Source: Gammaproteobacteria bacterium (lineage in GTDB: Bacteria > Pseudomonadota > Gammaproteobacteria > Eutrophobiales > Eutrophobiaceae). From it: a stretch of DNA of 64,000 nucleotides. Below are positions 50,470 through 59,816 of the stretch, piece after piece (position 1 is the stretch's first letter; each line of letters opens with the position of its first letter). The stretch spans positions 928,001-992,000 of the forward strand of contig CBDEUK010000002.1 in assembly GCA_965243205.1 (NCBI GenBank), in the 5' to 3' direction. The notes beneath the pieces are model-generated. The model searched no databases, was not told where the DNA came from, and saw only the letters and a program-made list of their open reading frames with translations. Made by a program: the position numbers and the translations under genes.

Positions 50470-51804
50470 TTAAGCAGCATCGGTAAATTCGCTAAAAGGC
50501 ACTGGCTCGCCTAAAAAATATCCTTGTGCGTAATCTACTCCGAGTTTTTGTAAGGTATTGAACACCTCTTCGGATTCTACCCATTCAGCAATGGTTTTTT
50601 TGTGCGTGACTTTGGCGATATCGTTCAATGATCGGATCATAATTTCACTCACTGGCTCGGTTAAAATATCTTTTACAAAGCTGCCATCAATTTTGATGAT
50701 ATCGACAGGCAGTTCTTTGATGTATTTGAATGATGAGAAACCTGATCCAAAGTCATCCAGCGCAAATAAACATCCGTATTTATTTTTAACTTTATTGATA
50801 AAGTTAATTGCCGATGAAAAGTTTTTAATCGTTTCAGCTTCGGTTATTTCAAAACAGAGCGACTCAGTTGGAAATTCAACACGCTCTAGTCGCTCCATTA
50901 AATAATCCAGAATCATTTCATCGCCTAAGGATTGACCCGATAAATTAATCATAATTTTAGAACAGTGTTTTGATAAGGTTTTTTGTTCTAACAGATTAAT
51001 GACGGTTCGTATCACCCAATAATCAATTCTAGAGGCCATGTTGTGTCGAGCTGCGACGGGTAAAAATTTTCCTGGAAGAATGATGTTGCCATCTTGATCT
51101 TTTAATCGTAATAAAATTTCACAAAGAACTGATTTGTCTTTTTCATTATTTTTTGACAATGGAAAAATTCGTTGTGTGTATAACTCAAACAAATCATTAT
51201 CGAATGCATTGTTGATATTATTAATCCATTTCATATCTTCGTGATACGTTGCAATCAAACGGTCGTTGTGATGATAAATATGAACTTTATCGCCAGGGTA
51301 TTTCGCGACATAACAAGCTACCCCTGCATTCCTTAAAACAGTTGCATAATCAGGTGTTTCTGAACTGATCATTGTCACTCCAATACTTACTGTGACACCG
51401 TATTTATTTTGATTACTAGAAACTCGATAGTGCTTTATCGATTCACGGATTGTATTGCCAATGAGGTGCGCCTTACCGTAACTACAATGTTTTATAATGA
51501 CGCCAAACTCATCATTACCTAATCGACTGATTAGATCCTCGCTCTGTATACATGAACCAATAATGTTCGTAATAGAACATAACAACGCATCACCAGCAGC
51601 GTTTCCATGTACATCATTCACTACTTTGAATGAATCAATATCAATTTGAAACAAGGCATGTTCATATCGTGTACTTCTTGTATCTTCAACAAGCTGTTTG
51701 AGTTTTTGCTCAAACTGAAAACGGTTCATTAGACCAGTCAATTGATCTAAATCACCCGATAAAGACATGTCAGTTTCATATTTTATAATGTCGTTTTCTT
51801 TCAT
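50470..51804 (-). CDS. Degenerate GGDEF + EAL protein, probable phosphodiesterase
   Basis: RLGNDEF; EILLRL, DDFGSGFSS, QGY. Confidence 0.9.
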   Translation of the reverse strand: MKENDIIKYETDMSLSGDLDQLTGLMNRFQFEQKLKQLVEDTRSTRYEHALFQIDIDSFKVVNDVHGNAAGDALLCSITNIIGSCIQSEDLISRLGNDEFGVIIKHCSYGKAHLIGNTIRESIKHYRVSSNQNKYGVTVSIGVTMISSETPDYATVLRNAGVACYVAKYPGDKVHIYHHNDRLIATYHEDMKWINNINNAFDNDLFELYTQRIFPLSKNNEKDKSVLCEILLRLKDQDGNIILPGKFLPVAARHNMASRIDYWVIRTVINLLEQKTLSKHCSKIMINLSGQSLGDEMILDYLMERLERVEFPTESLCFEITEAETIKNFSSAINFINKVKNKYGCLFALDDFGSGFSSFKYIKELPVDIIKIDGSFVKDILTEPVSEIMIRSLNDIAKVTHKKTIAEWVESEEVFNTLQKLGVDYAQGYFLGEPVPFSEFTDAA

Positions 51805-51917
51805 AGAATAAAACCGTATAAAATGTTTTGTTTAATGTGTTGTAAATTTAAGCGTATAGACAACCTTCCACTATCAGCTTAAGGATTAAAGTTATGTCAG
51901 ACTGCTGTGCATTAAAA

Positions 51918-51936
51918 TGTAAGTGAAACACTTACA
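51918..51936. promoter_or_regulatory. Palindrome TGTAAG-N7-CTTACA
   Basis: TGTAAGTG-AAA-CACTTACA upstream of the EAL gene. Confidence 0.6.
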
Positions 51937-51964
51937 AAGAAAGAGATGGCCTGGTATTGAATCA

Positions 51965-52327
51965 CTAAAGTATTTCTTTTAAACGTTCTATTTCTTTCGT
52001 TTTATCTAAAAAATATTTAGCTCCTAATTGAAAACACTTTTTCTTATATTCTTCACTAGAATGATTACTTAATATAATTACACACACACTTTCTAAATAT
52101 TCCTGAATTGATTCCAAAACTGAAATGCCAGACATTTGTGGCATTTTGATATCTAGAATCAAATAATCTGGTTTAATGACATTCACCAAAACGACTGCGT
52201 CAGAACCATTATCCGCTTCAGCAACTACGTCAATATGTTCTATTGACTCAACCACTTCTCTTACCATCTGACGGATATAATCGCTGTCATCGATGATAAT
52301 CACGGTATTTTTTGAATTACTTTCCAA
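51965..52327 (-). CDS. Stand-alone receiver domain protein
   Basis: IIDDS, ILDIKMP, FLDK. Confidence 0.88.
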   Translation of the reverse strand: MESNSKNTVIIIDDSDYIRQMVREVVESIEHIDVVAEADNGSDAVVLVNVIKPDYLILDIKMPQMSGISVLESIQEYLESVCVIILSNHSSEEYKKKCFQLGAKYFLDKTKEIERLKEIL

Positions 52328-52429
52328 ACCAACCTCTTTTTAAAATGCAGCCATTACAGGCTAAAATAATCTAGGGGAAAGAATATAAAAGTTTGTAGAC
52401 GATTAAAGTCGGATGGCTTTGATAGATGT

Positions 52430-52448
52430 TGTAGGTATATGTCCTACA
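52430..52448. promoter_or_regulatory. Palindrome TGTAGG-N7-CCTACA
   Basis: Upstream of the receiver gene; same geometry as 51918-51936. Confidence 0.6.
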
Positions 52449-52460
52449 AATAGAATTGAA

Positions 52461-53093
52461 TTATTCTACTAATTGATTTTGCATTACGTAATGCATTAAC
52501 TCTGCATTGTCTTTTAACTGTAGTTTCTCAAGGACACGACTGCGATACGTACTAACGGTTTTAGGACTCAATGATAGTTGTTCTGCTATAACACTGGTGC
52601 TTTTACCAGAACCTAATAAACATAGGATTTGATATTCACGTTGAGAAAGTGATTCATGTGGAATTTCAGTTTCATCTTTGTCGATATCAAACGCTAATTT
52701 TTCAGCTAAGGATTGGCTAATGTATTTACCACCATTAGAAATACGAACAATCGCATTGACTAATTCTTCTGGAGAGTGATTTTTTGTTAAATAACCTTTG
52801 GCACCAGCTTTAAAAGAACGCTTTGCATATTGTTCTTCAGAGTGTGCGCTCAGTACTAATATTTTTATATCGGGGCAAAGCCTCAATACTCTGCGCAATG
52901 TTTCAAGAAAACCAGGCCCGGGCATAGAGACATCCAATAATAATAATTCTGAATCCGAAGCTTTTAAAGTATTAAGAAGCTCTTCACCGTCTTGAGCTTC
53001 GCCACAAACTTGCATATTAATATTATCTTCAATAATACGCTTGATACCTTCACGCATTATTTGATGATCATCGGCTATAAAGACATTAATCAT
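52461..53093 (-). CDS. NarL/UvrY-like response regulator
   Basis: IADDHQIMREG, LDVSMPG, PHESLSQREYQIL...LSPKTVSTYRSRVLEKL. Confidence 0.95.
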   Translation of the reverse strand: MINVFIADDHQIMREGIKRIIEDNINMQVCGEAQDGEELLNTLKASDSELLLLDVSMPGPGFLETLRRVLRLCPDIKILVLSAHSEEQYAKRSFKAGAKGYLTKNHSPEELVNAIVRISNGGKYISQSLAEKLAFDIDKDETEIPHESLSQREYQILCLLGSGKSTSVIAEQLSLSPKTVSTYRSRVLEKLQLKDNAELMHYVMQNQLVE

Positions 53094-54883
53094 GTTGCAT
53101 CTAAAACCGTTTGAGTTTTAATCGGACTAATAAGATGAACTTCCAATCCACTGGGTTCAATATTATTAAAGTTAATCGTTGCTCCAATATTAGCAGCTCT
53201 TTCTTGCATACCAATAACACCAATAGAATTATCCGAATCGATCTGATCAGACGTGATACCTATACCGTTATCCGCGACTTTTAGTTCTATATGTTTTTGG
53301 TTCAGACTCATATTAACAATAAAATTATCCGCGTTGCTATGACGCGCAATATTCGTTAAAGCTTCTTGATAGATTCGAAATATCGCTGTGTCTCTTTCCA
53401 TATTGATGTCTAACTCATCACAATCAATATTTAAATCATAAGCAATCCCTGTTCGTTCAGAAAAGTCTTTCGTTACCCATTCAATCGCCGCTTCTAATCC
53501 TAAATCATCCAATACAGCAGGCCTTAGTTGAGAAGAAATTCTACGGATAGTATCAACGGTTGTATCGATATTATTCATCATTCTCATAATCCGTTTTATT
53601 ACTTCATCATCGACTGGATTCAATCTGTCCTTCAACCAACTTAAATCAATTTTAAACCCAGTCAAAGATTGTCCTAACTCATCATGTATTTCTCTTGAAA
53701 TCCCTAATCGTTCTTGCTCAATTGCATTCTCTAATTTTCTTGCTAAATTATGCAAACGTGTTTTTGAATGTAATATTTCTTCTTGATAACGTTTACTTTC
53801 TGTAATGTCGTGAACAGTTATCGCTAAAGCCGACTTGCCTTTTAGATCAATAATTTCAACTGAGACAAGGCAATCCCTAAGTTCGCCTGAGGTTTTTCGA
53901 AATTTTGATTCACGTAGTTTAATTGAGCCATTCTTCAGTAATAATTTTTTTAATGTTTCACGATCCTCTTCATCTGCCCAAATATTTAACTCCAAAGCGG
54001 TTTTGCCGATGATGTCATCTGAATGTGTAAAACCATACATAGCGTAAAAGCATTTATTAACATCAATTAAGCAGCCAGTTTCTAAATCACTGATGATGAT
54101 GGCGTCATGACTGGATTGAAATACTTTATAGAACATATCTCGTGAATGAGATAACTCTTCATTGGTTTTCGTTAATTCATTTTTTTGAAAATTAAATGTA
54201 TCGACTAAAACATCTAATTCATCTCGCTTATTTGGTGCAGTACTTTTTCTTTCAAGAACAAATTCCTTTCCCATTCCATTATGAGATATATCCTTCATGA
54301 AATTACTCATATGTTCGAGATGTGAAAATATTTTTTTATCCATAATGTATGAAATAAAAAATAAAAGTGAAAATATAAGTAAGGCATCTAAGAGTAAAAA
54401 TTTTGTTGAGCCAGCAATCGAATGATTGTCGAAATTGGCAGTGTCAACGATGACTAATAAACTGCCTAAGTTTATTAAATTATCCTGTTCCTGATAAATA
54501 AGTTGATAAGTACGAGAAATTATATTGTTATCGTTTGGCATCAAACCACTTGAGGCAAATATTTCATTATCTAATGTCACTTCTACATAACTAATATGAT
54601 TAAGCGATTGAATTCCATCGATTTGAATTTGAGTTAAAGAACGATTTAGTAACCAAACTGAATTGCTTATATTTTTTAACGTCGTATCTTCAATATATTG
54701 AAATTGTTGTTCTAATTCTTTTTCTTGATGATGCTTTATATAAAATAAATCAATAATTAATAAAATTAGAATGATAGAAATACTGAACAATAATATTGAA
54801 CGTAGTAGGTTTTTTCTTAGCGAAACTGTCGTAGATGTTTGATTTTTTTCTAACGACTTAAGAGTATTCATTACTTTTGCCAT
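53090..54883 (-). CDS. Membrane sensor kinase with PAS and HisKA_3
   Basis: Two TMs, PAS, ISREIHDELGQSLT, QEALTNIARHS, DNGIGI. Confidence 0.93.
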   Translation of the reverse strand: MAKVMNTLKSLEKNQTSTTVSLRKNLLRSILLFSISIILILLIIDLFYIKHHQEKELEQQFQYIEDTTLKNISNSVWLLNRSLTQIQIDGIQSLNHISYVEVTLDNEIFASSGLMPNDNNIISRTYQLIYQEQDNLINLGSLLVIVDTANFDNHSIAGSTKFLLLDALLIFSLLFFISYIMDKKIFSHLEHMSNFMKDISHNGMGKEFVLERKSTAPNKRDELDVLVDTFNFQKNELTKTNEELSHSRDMFYKVFQSSHDAIIISDLETGCLIDVNKCFYAMYGFTHSDDIIGKTALELNIWADEEDRETLKKLLLKNGSIKLRESKFRKTSGELRDCLVSVEIIDLKGKSALAITVHDITESKRYQEEILHSKTRLHNLARKLENAIEQERLGISREIHDELGQSLTGFKIDLSWLKDRLNPVDDEVIKRIMRMMNNIDTTVDTIRRISSQLRPAVLDDLGLEAAIEWVTKDFSERTGIAYDLNIDCDELDINMERDTAIFRIYQEALTNIARHSNADNFIVNMSLNQKHIELKVADNGIGITSDQIDSDNSIGVIGMQERAANIGATINFNNIEPSGLEVHLISPIKTQTVLDAT

Positions 54884-55725
54884 GATTCTATCCCTAATGA
54901 TGGCGTCTCTTTAGACAATAAAGGGTTGTCCAGTTTGAATACTTTTCTTTTATGATTTTTTACTATATTGACAGCCCATCGAACGTTTTCATCATCAAAG
55001 AATAAACGATCGAATGAGCCATCATTCATAGCCAACTGTAATCCAGTTTTTAATCTTTCTGCCAAACGATGATTATTTTTACTTACAAAGAAATAAGTCG
55101 CAGCGGGGTAATATAAAGCCAGTGACTCTTCAATCATTAAGTCATCATGCCATTTCACTTCGTCCACTATCTCTATAATACTTCTTGGAAAGTAATCAAA
55201 CCGTTTACCTTTTAACATTCCGAATAGACTTTCATAATCGGGAGATATTTCTACTTTGATTTGATTTGCTTGAAGAATTTTTGTATCCGGCCAAACAGAC
55301 TCTTGCCCTGCTTTTAGTTGCTTAAGTTGTTTTAATGTTGTTATTGATTTGAATTTTTCTTGATCAGATTTATTAATCATCAATAATCGATAACCAATAA
55401 GACCTTTTTCTAGTGGGACGCGTATAGGGAGAGCTTCTTTCTCTCTTTGTTCTGTTGTCATTGTCCATAAAACATCAATCCATTTATTTTTATTGAGACT
55501 ATCGAAACTACGAGACGTTACCATTTTGAGCTTTGATGGCTCTAGTCGATAAGGGCCATGAGTGTTTTTGGTTTTTTCGAGGGCTAATTCTAATATGTTA
55601 ATAAAATGATCTGATCGATTATCATTTAAGGCTTGCTGCATAGGGTATCGAACCAGCAGTTCTTCCGCATTAGTAATGCAGGTCAACATGCAAAATAGCA
55701 GTGTCAAAGAGAGAATTCTTGTCAC
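54871..55725 (-). CDS. Periplasmic substrate-binding protein (family 3-like)
   Basis: Signal peptide; LPIRVPLEKGLIGYRLL, WPDTKIL, RFDYFPRS. Confidence 0.88.
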   Translation of the reverse strand: MTRILSLTLLFCMLTCITNAEELLVRYPMQQALNDNRSDHFINILELALEKTKNTHGPYRLEPSKLKMVTSRSFDSLNKNKWIDVLWTMTTEQREKEALPIRVPLEKGLIGYRLLMINKSDQEKFKSITTLKQLKQLKAGQESVWPDTKILQANQIKVEISPDYESLFGMLKGKRFDYFPRSIIEIVDEVKWHDDLMIEESLALYYPAATYFFVSKNNHRLAERLKTGLQLAMNDGSFDRLFFDDENVRWAVNIVKNHKRKVFKLDNPLLSKETPSLGIESWQK

Positions 55726-55856
55726 CGAGCTTTCCTATATTTCACATCCATAGTTTAATCCCCGTCCTAACCTGGGGCCCAAATGCTTAATGGTGTAAGA
55801 ATAATAATTTTAGGCTTTTAAAATAGAAATAGCTATGAAGTAAGTTTTTTTTGGCT

Positions 55857-55885
55857 AAAAAAATGGCTCCTGATTTAGGAGCCAT
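55857..55885 (-). terminator. Intrinsic terminator
   Basis: ATGGCTCCT-N5-AGGAGCCAT with a T run on the minus strand. Confidence 0.75.
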
Positions 55886-55916
55886 GAAGATTAACAACAA
55901 ATCATGTGAGAGAGAT

Positions 55917-56729
55917 TTATTGTCTTTTGGAAATTCCGAATAAGCCTAGTAAAGATGAGCCAAATAACCAAACGGCTGCAGGTACAGGTATAGGAGCAAC
56001 TTCGTAACGTGTATCGATAGTAATTGAATCACCAGCAGAAAGTATGAATGTCATATCAATACCAATAGTATTCACCGGCCCAACATAGTTCTCAGGACCA
56101 CCAGATACTGGCGCAACACTACCAAAACAATTCGCACCAAAACATGAGAAAGGACTTGCAGCGAATATTTCCATTTCAACTGCACCATTGATGGTGCCAT
56201 CCCAGTTAGTGAACTGAACAGTTGCATCACCACTGCCATTTGCATCATTTAAAGTAAAACCTAAAAAGCCTGTTTCGATACCATCATTAAATGTTGGAGT
56301 TACAGGGATACCAAAAGACAAATTAAATGTTTGATCCATCCCTGTTAGATTAGTGATAGTGAAATTCGCATCGATAAATGGGTCAGCGTTAATTTCCATA
56401 TCCCATGAAAAACTCGCAACAGGATTTGCATCACCTGTACTACCCATTAATCTACCAGCAAAGGTTGTTTGTCCTGTGAATCGTTCATCACCATTCGTCA
56501 GAACTTCTCCATTGCGATCAGTCGTTTCAATTTTTGAAACTTGATCAACATCGAAACCTAAATTAGGAGTAAATTCGTCATCGGCATTGGGAACCAATAT
56601 CATCCAATTATTGATGCCTAACGAACCAGTCATATTTGTTGTGGAACCAGTGCTGGCAGCATATGAAAGACTACTTACACTTAATAACGCACCAGCAATA
56701 ATTAACTTTGAAACTTCACGACTAAACAC
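55917..56729 (-). CDS. VPLPA-CTERM (exosortase substrate) surface protein
   Basis: Signal peptide (SYA); C-terminal IPVPAAVWLFGSSLLGLFGISKRQ. Confidence 0.9.
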   Translation of the reverse strand: MFSREVSKLIIAGALLSVSSLSYAASTGSTTNMTGSLGINNWMILVPNADDEFTPNLGFDVDQVSKIETTDRNGEVLTNGDERFTGQTTFAGRLMGSTGDANPVASFSWDMEINADPFIDANFTITNLTGMDQTFNLSFGIPVTPTFNDGIETGFLGFTLNDANGSGDATVQFTNWDGTINGAVEMEIFAASPFSCFGANCFGSVAPVSGGPENYVGPVNTIGIDMTFILSAGDSITIDTRYEVAPIPVPAAVWLFGSSLLGLFGISKRQ

Positions 56730-56955
56730 TTCTTCTCACCCCAAAAAGTATTTTGAAAAACACAATAAAAACTCTATTAGGGAAGAAATTACCATTAGGC
56801 ATAGAGCACAGCAAATTAAGATTTAATGAAGAATTTGTGACTATGAATTAGAAAAACAAACGAATTTCAATCAACTCAATAACTTAGAAAAAATTCATCA
56901 AATATTATTGTAATCATTTGTATAAAATACAGGAAAAAATCATAGGGTTAATGGC

Positions 56956-58194
56956 CTAAGAATAAACACTAATGAGTTCTTTCACTTCCTGTTGAGCCTT
57001 TTCTAAAACACCAATTCCTGTCTCAGGCGACCATTCATTTAAACCTAGTTTCTTAAATGCAGGTAATTCAAACATGGGAGGAACATCTTTTATTGACTGG
57101 CTTTGAATATTACTATGAAGTTGTGCAAGCATGACTAAGTCGCATAAATCGGCTTGTTGTTCATGATCTCGATGCCAATCTTCCACACCTTCAACGACAC
57201 CAATAAATTCCTCAGGAAAATTCCACTTAGAAAGAATCATTGAACCGATGTCTGCTCGAAGTTTGACAACTACTTCCTCGATTTCTTGGTAACTGAGATC
57301 GTAATTATTTTTATCGATGTAACTTAACACAGCGACTTTACCAATATCGTGAATTAAACCTGCTAATAAGGCCTGGCCTGAATCAAAACGTTTTAACTCT
57401 TTCGATAGTACTGAAGCAATACTGGCAACAGTAACACTGTGATACCAAAGATTTTGCATTAATTTTTTAATAGCTTTAGAACTGGTGATAAATAAAGTCT
57501 CCATCGCAAAACCCATCACCAATTGATTCGTTGTATTAAAACCTATTCTAACGATGGCTTGAGATATTGATGTGATTTGTGTGGTACCACCAAACAAAGC
57601 ACTGTTAGCCGCTTTCAAAAGTTTTGCCGCAATCGCAGGATCCGCCTGAATAATACTTTCTAATTGATCAACATCGGTATCTTCATCTTTCAGCAATTGC
57701 ATAGCTCGGGTAGATACTTCAGGTAAGTTTGGCAGTTCAAATTCTTCAGAAGAAATATCAATAAAGATTTGCGTAAAAATATCACTCTCAACACCAGTCC
57801 GAGATTCAAACTCATCATGCTCTTGAACTTCTACTCGGGTAATAGGTTCTTCTTCGCCATTTAAAATTCGTTCAAACTTATCATTTTCAAAACGTATAAT
57901 CTTGGCATCATTTACTGCGGTCACTGTATATTGGCGAGGTACCAACGATGCGATGGCGCTCGCAGCAGGCTTACTTTCATCGGTTTTAACAAGTCGAACT
58001 CTGCCATCTTTTGCTGTCAGTTCTAACTCACCTTCTAACAGATACACTTTAGAATCATCTTCCGATCCAAATTCGAATAAACACTCGCCTTGACCAAGCT
58101 GCTGAATATCAGCAACCTCAACTAATCGAGTTAATACGCCATGATCAATGTGTTCTAGTGGGGAAAGGTGTTTTAGTTGCTCAGTTGTTAACAT
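56956..58194 (-). CDS. cNMP-binding-like + HDOD protein
   Basis: LFEFGSEDDSKVYLLEGELEL...PRQYT; LPNLPEV, DPAIAAKLLKAANSA, AGLIHDIGK. Confidence 0.9.
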   Translation of the reverse strand: MLTTEQLKHLSPLEHIDHGVLTRLVEVADIQQLGQGECLFEFGSEDDSKVYLLEGELELTAKDGRVRLVKTDESKPAASAIASLVPRQYTVTAVNDAKIIRFENDKFERILNGEEEPITRVEVQEHDEFESRTGVESDIFTQIFIDISSEEFELPNLPEVSTRAMQLLKDEDTDVDQLESIIQADPAIAAKLLKAANSALFGGTTQITSISQAIVRIGFNTTNQLVMGFAMETLFITSSKAIKKLMQNLWYHSVTVASIASVLSKELKRFDSGQALLAGLIHDIGKVAVLSYIDKNNYDLSYQEIEEVVVKLRADIGSMILSKWNFPEEFIGVVEGVEDWHRDHEQQADLCDLVMLAQLHSNIQSQSIKDVPPMFELPAFKKLGLNEWSPETGIGVLEKAQQEVKELISVYS

Positions 58195-58301
58195 TCCAAA
58201 TGACTACCATTAATAAGTTATCTCTGTATAACGGCAGTTTTTCAAAAAAACTTTAAAAAAATATCAGGGAAATCCGCAACTAAGTTTCTGTAATGTAGGA
58301 A

Positions 58302-59546
58302 TTAATCAAGGAATTTGAAAATATCAACAAGCATGGTTTTCGCTTCATTCAACATCTCTAAGCCAGTCTCAGGACCATAACTTCTTAAACCCAATTTTTT
58401 AAACGCGGGTAATTTAAACATGGGAGGCAATGGCTTATCGGTATGGAATTGAAGATAAGCGTGTAATTTTGCGATTAAAACAAGGTCCGTAATATCCACT
58501 TTGGATGAATTATCACGACTCCAATTTTCCACTTCTCTAGCGACAGTATTACAGTTTTGCGGGAATGACCATTTAGTCAAAACCATCGCACCTACTTCGC
58601 CACGTAGATCAGAAACCGCTCGTTCAACACGGTTATTACCGTTTGGTTCTGATGAATCAGCATCTAGATAACGATAAATTGGTAGCACACCTATGTCTTG
58701 AACCAAACCGCATAGAAAGGCTTCAGCTGGCGTAAAGAGTTTCGTTTTCTGCGCTAATATAGCTGAAATAGCAGCGACAAAACTGCTTATTAACCATAAA
58801 TTTCTAGTTTGAATTTGCATATTATCCGTAGAAGCATTGAATACTTGCTTCATACTGATCGCTAATAACCACAGTAAAACCTGACGGTAACTAATGATCG
58901 CTACTGCATCTTTTAAATTAGAAACATCTTCTCCTGTAGGATAAAAATCACTATTAGCAATATCAATAATGGTTTGTACATATTCAGGTTCGTGCTGCAC
59001 AGTCATTTCTAGCTGATAAAAAGACATATCATTTGTGTTGATCAAGTTAAGTATTCTCAACACAATGCCCGGCAATGCTGGCATGTGCATATTACCGTTG
59101 GCAACTCCTCGTACAATGCCACTAAAAATCTCTACTTCAAACTGACTGGTCTCGGATAGATTATCTTCCACATGTAAATTGGATACTTGTCCAGAATGTC
59201 CATCACCATAAAGGGTATAGTTCAGTTTATCGGTATTGAGTTTTAGCACTTTGGACTCAACGACCGCTCTAGCAGTGTATTGTCTTGGAATTAATGTAGA
59301 AATAGGATTTCGCGCGGCATCAGATTCGGCTTCTATCGTTTGAATACGACCATCTTTAGACAGCAATTCCAGCTCGCCTTCAATTAAATAATAGGTATAA
59401 AAATCTATATCATCGATTTCGAATAAAACGGTGCTGGGCGCAAGGGATTCGATTTCAGATATCTTACAGACATTCACTAACGTCACATGGTCCTGATCCA
59501 TGAATGGTTTAAGTCGGGCTAATGTTTCTACAGCTGGGTTTGTCAT
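58302..59546 (-). CDS. cNMP-binding-like + degenerate HDOD protein
   Basis: Paralog of 56956-58194; YYLIEGELEL...PRQYT; CGLVQDIG in place of HDIG. Confidence 0.88.
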   Translation of the reverse strand: MTNPAVETLARLKPFMDQDHVTLVNVCKISEIESLAPSTVLFEIDDIDFYTYYLIEGELELLSKDGRIQTIEAESDAARNPISTLIPRQYTARAVVESKVLKLNTDKLNYTLYGDGHSGQVSNLHVEDNLSETSQFEVEIFSGIVRGVANGNMHMPALPGIVLRILNLINTNDMSFYQLEMTVQHEPEYVQTIIDIANSDFYPTGEDVSNLKDAVAIISYRQVLLWLLAISMKQVFNASTDNMQIQTRNLWLISSFVAAISAILAQKTKLFTPAEAFLCGLVQDIGVLPIYRYLDADSSEPNGNNRVERAVSDLRGEVGAMVLTKWSFPQNCNTVAREVENWSRDNSSKVDITDLVLIAKLHAYLQFHTDKPLPPMFKLPAFKKLGLRSYGPETGLEMLNEAKTMLVDIFKFLD

Positions 59547-59816
59547 GCTTCCTCAGACGACATTTTTATTGGATTTAGCGATTATTTTGTCGTAAACTCA
59601 AAGAGTTTATAAATATTTCTATAAAAATCAATGGATTATTAAAACTTCTTAAAAATTAACTCTAAAAGTGTTAATTCGATAGAAAAAATCATTTATTTAT
59701 TGTGTTATCAAGCATTTATTACCATATCTTGGTGTATAAATTGCAGTGTAATTTACACAATACATGAATGTACACGGTAATTGTAGATAAATTTAGATAA
59801 ATAGAACGCTAGGATC

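Noticed and set aside
52461-53093. Calling this regulator gacA/uvrY
   Set aside because: It is paired with a simple HisKA_3 kinase and has no adjacent uvrC or visible Csr/Rsm sRNA; only the family is supported.
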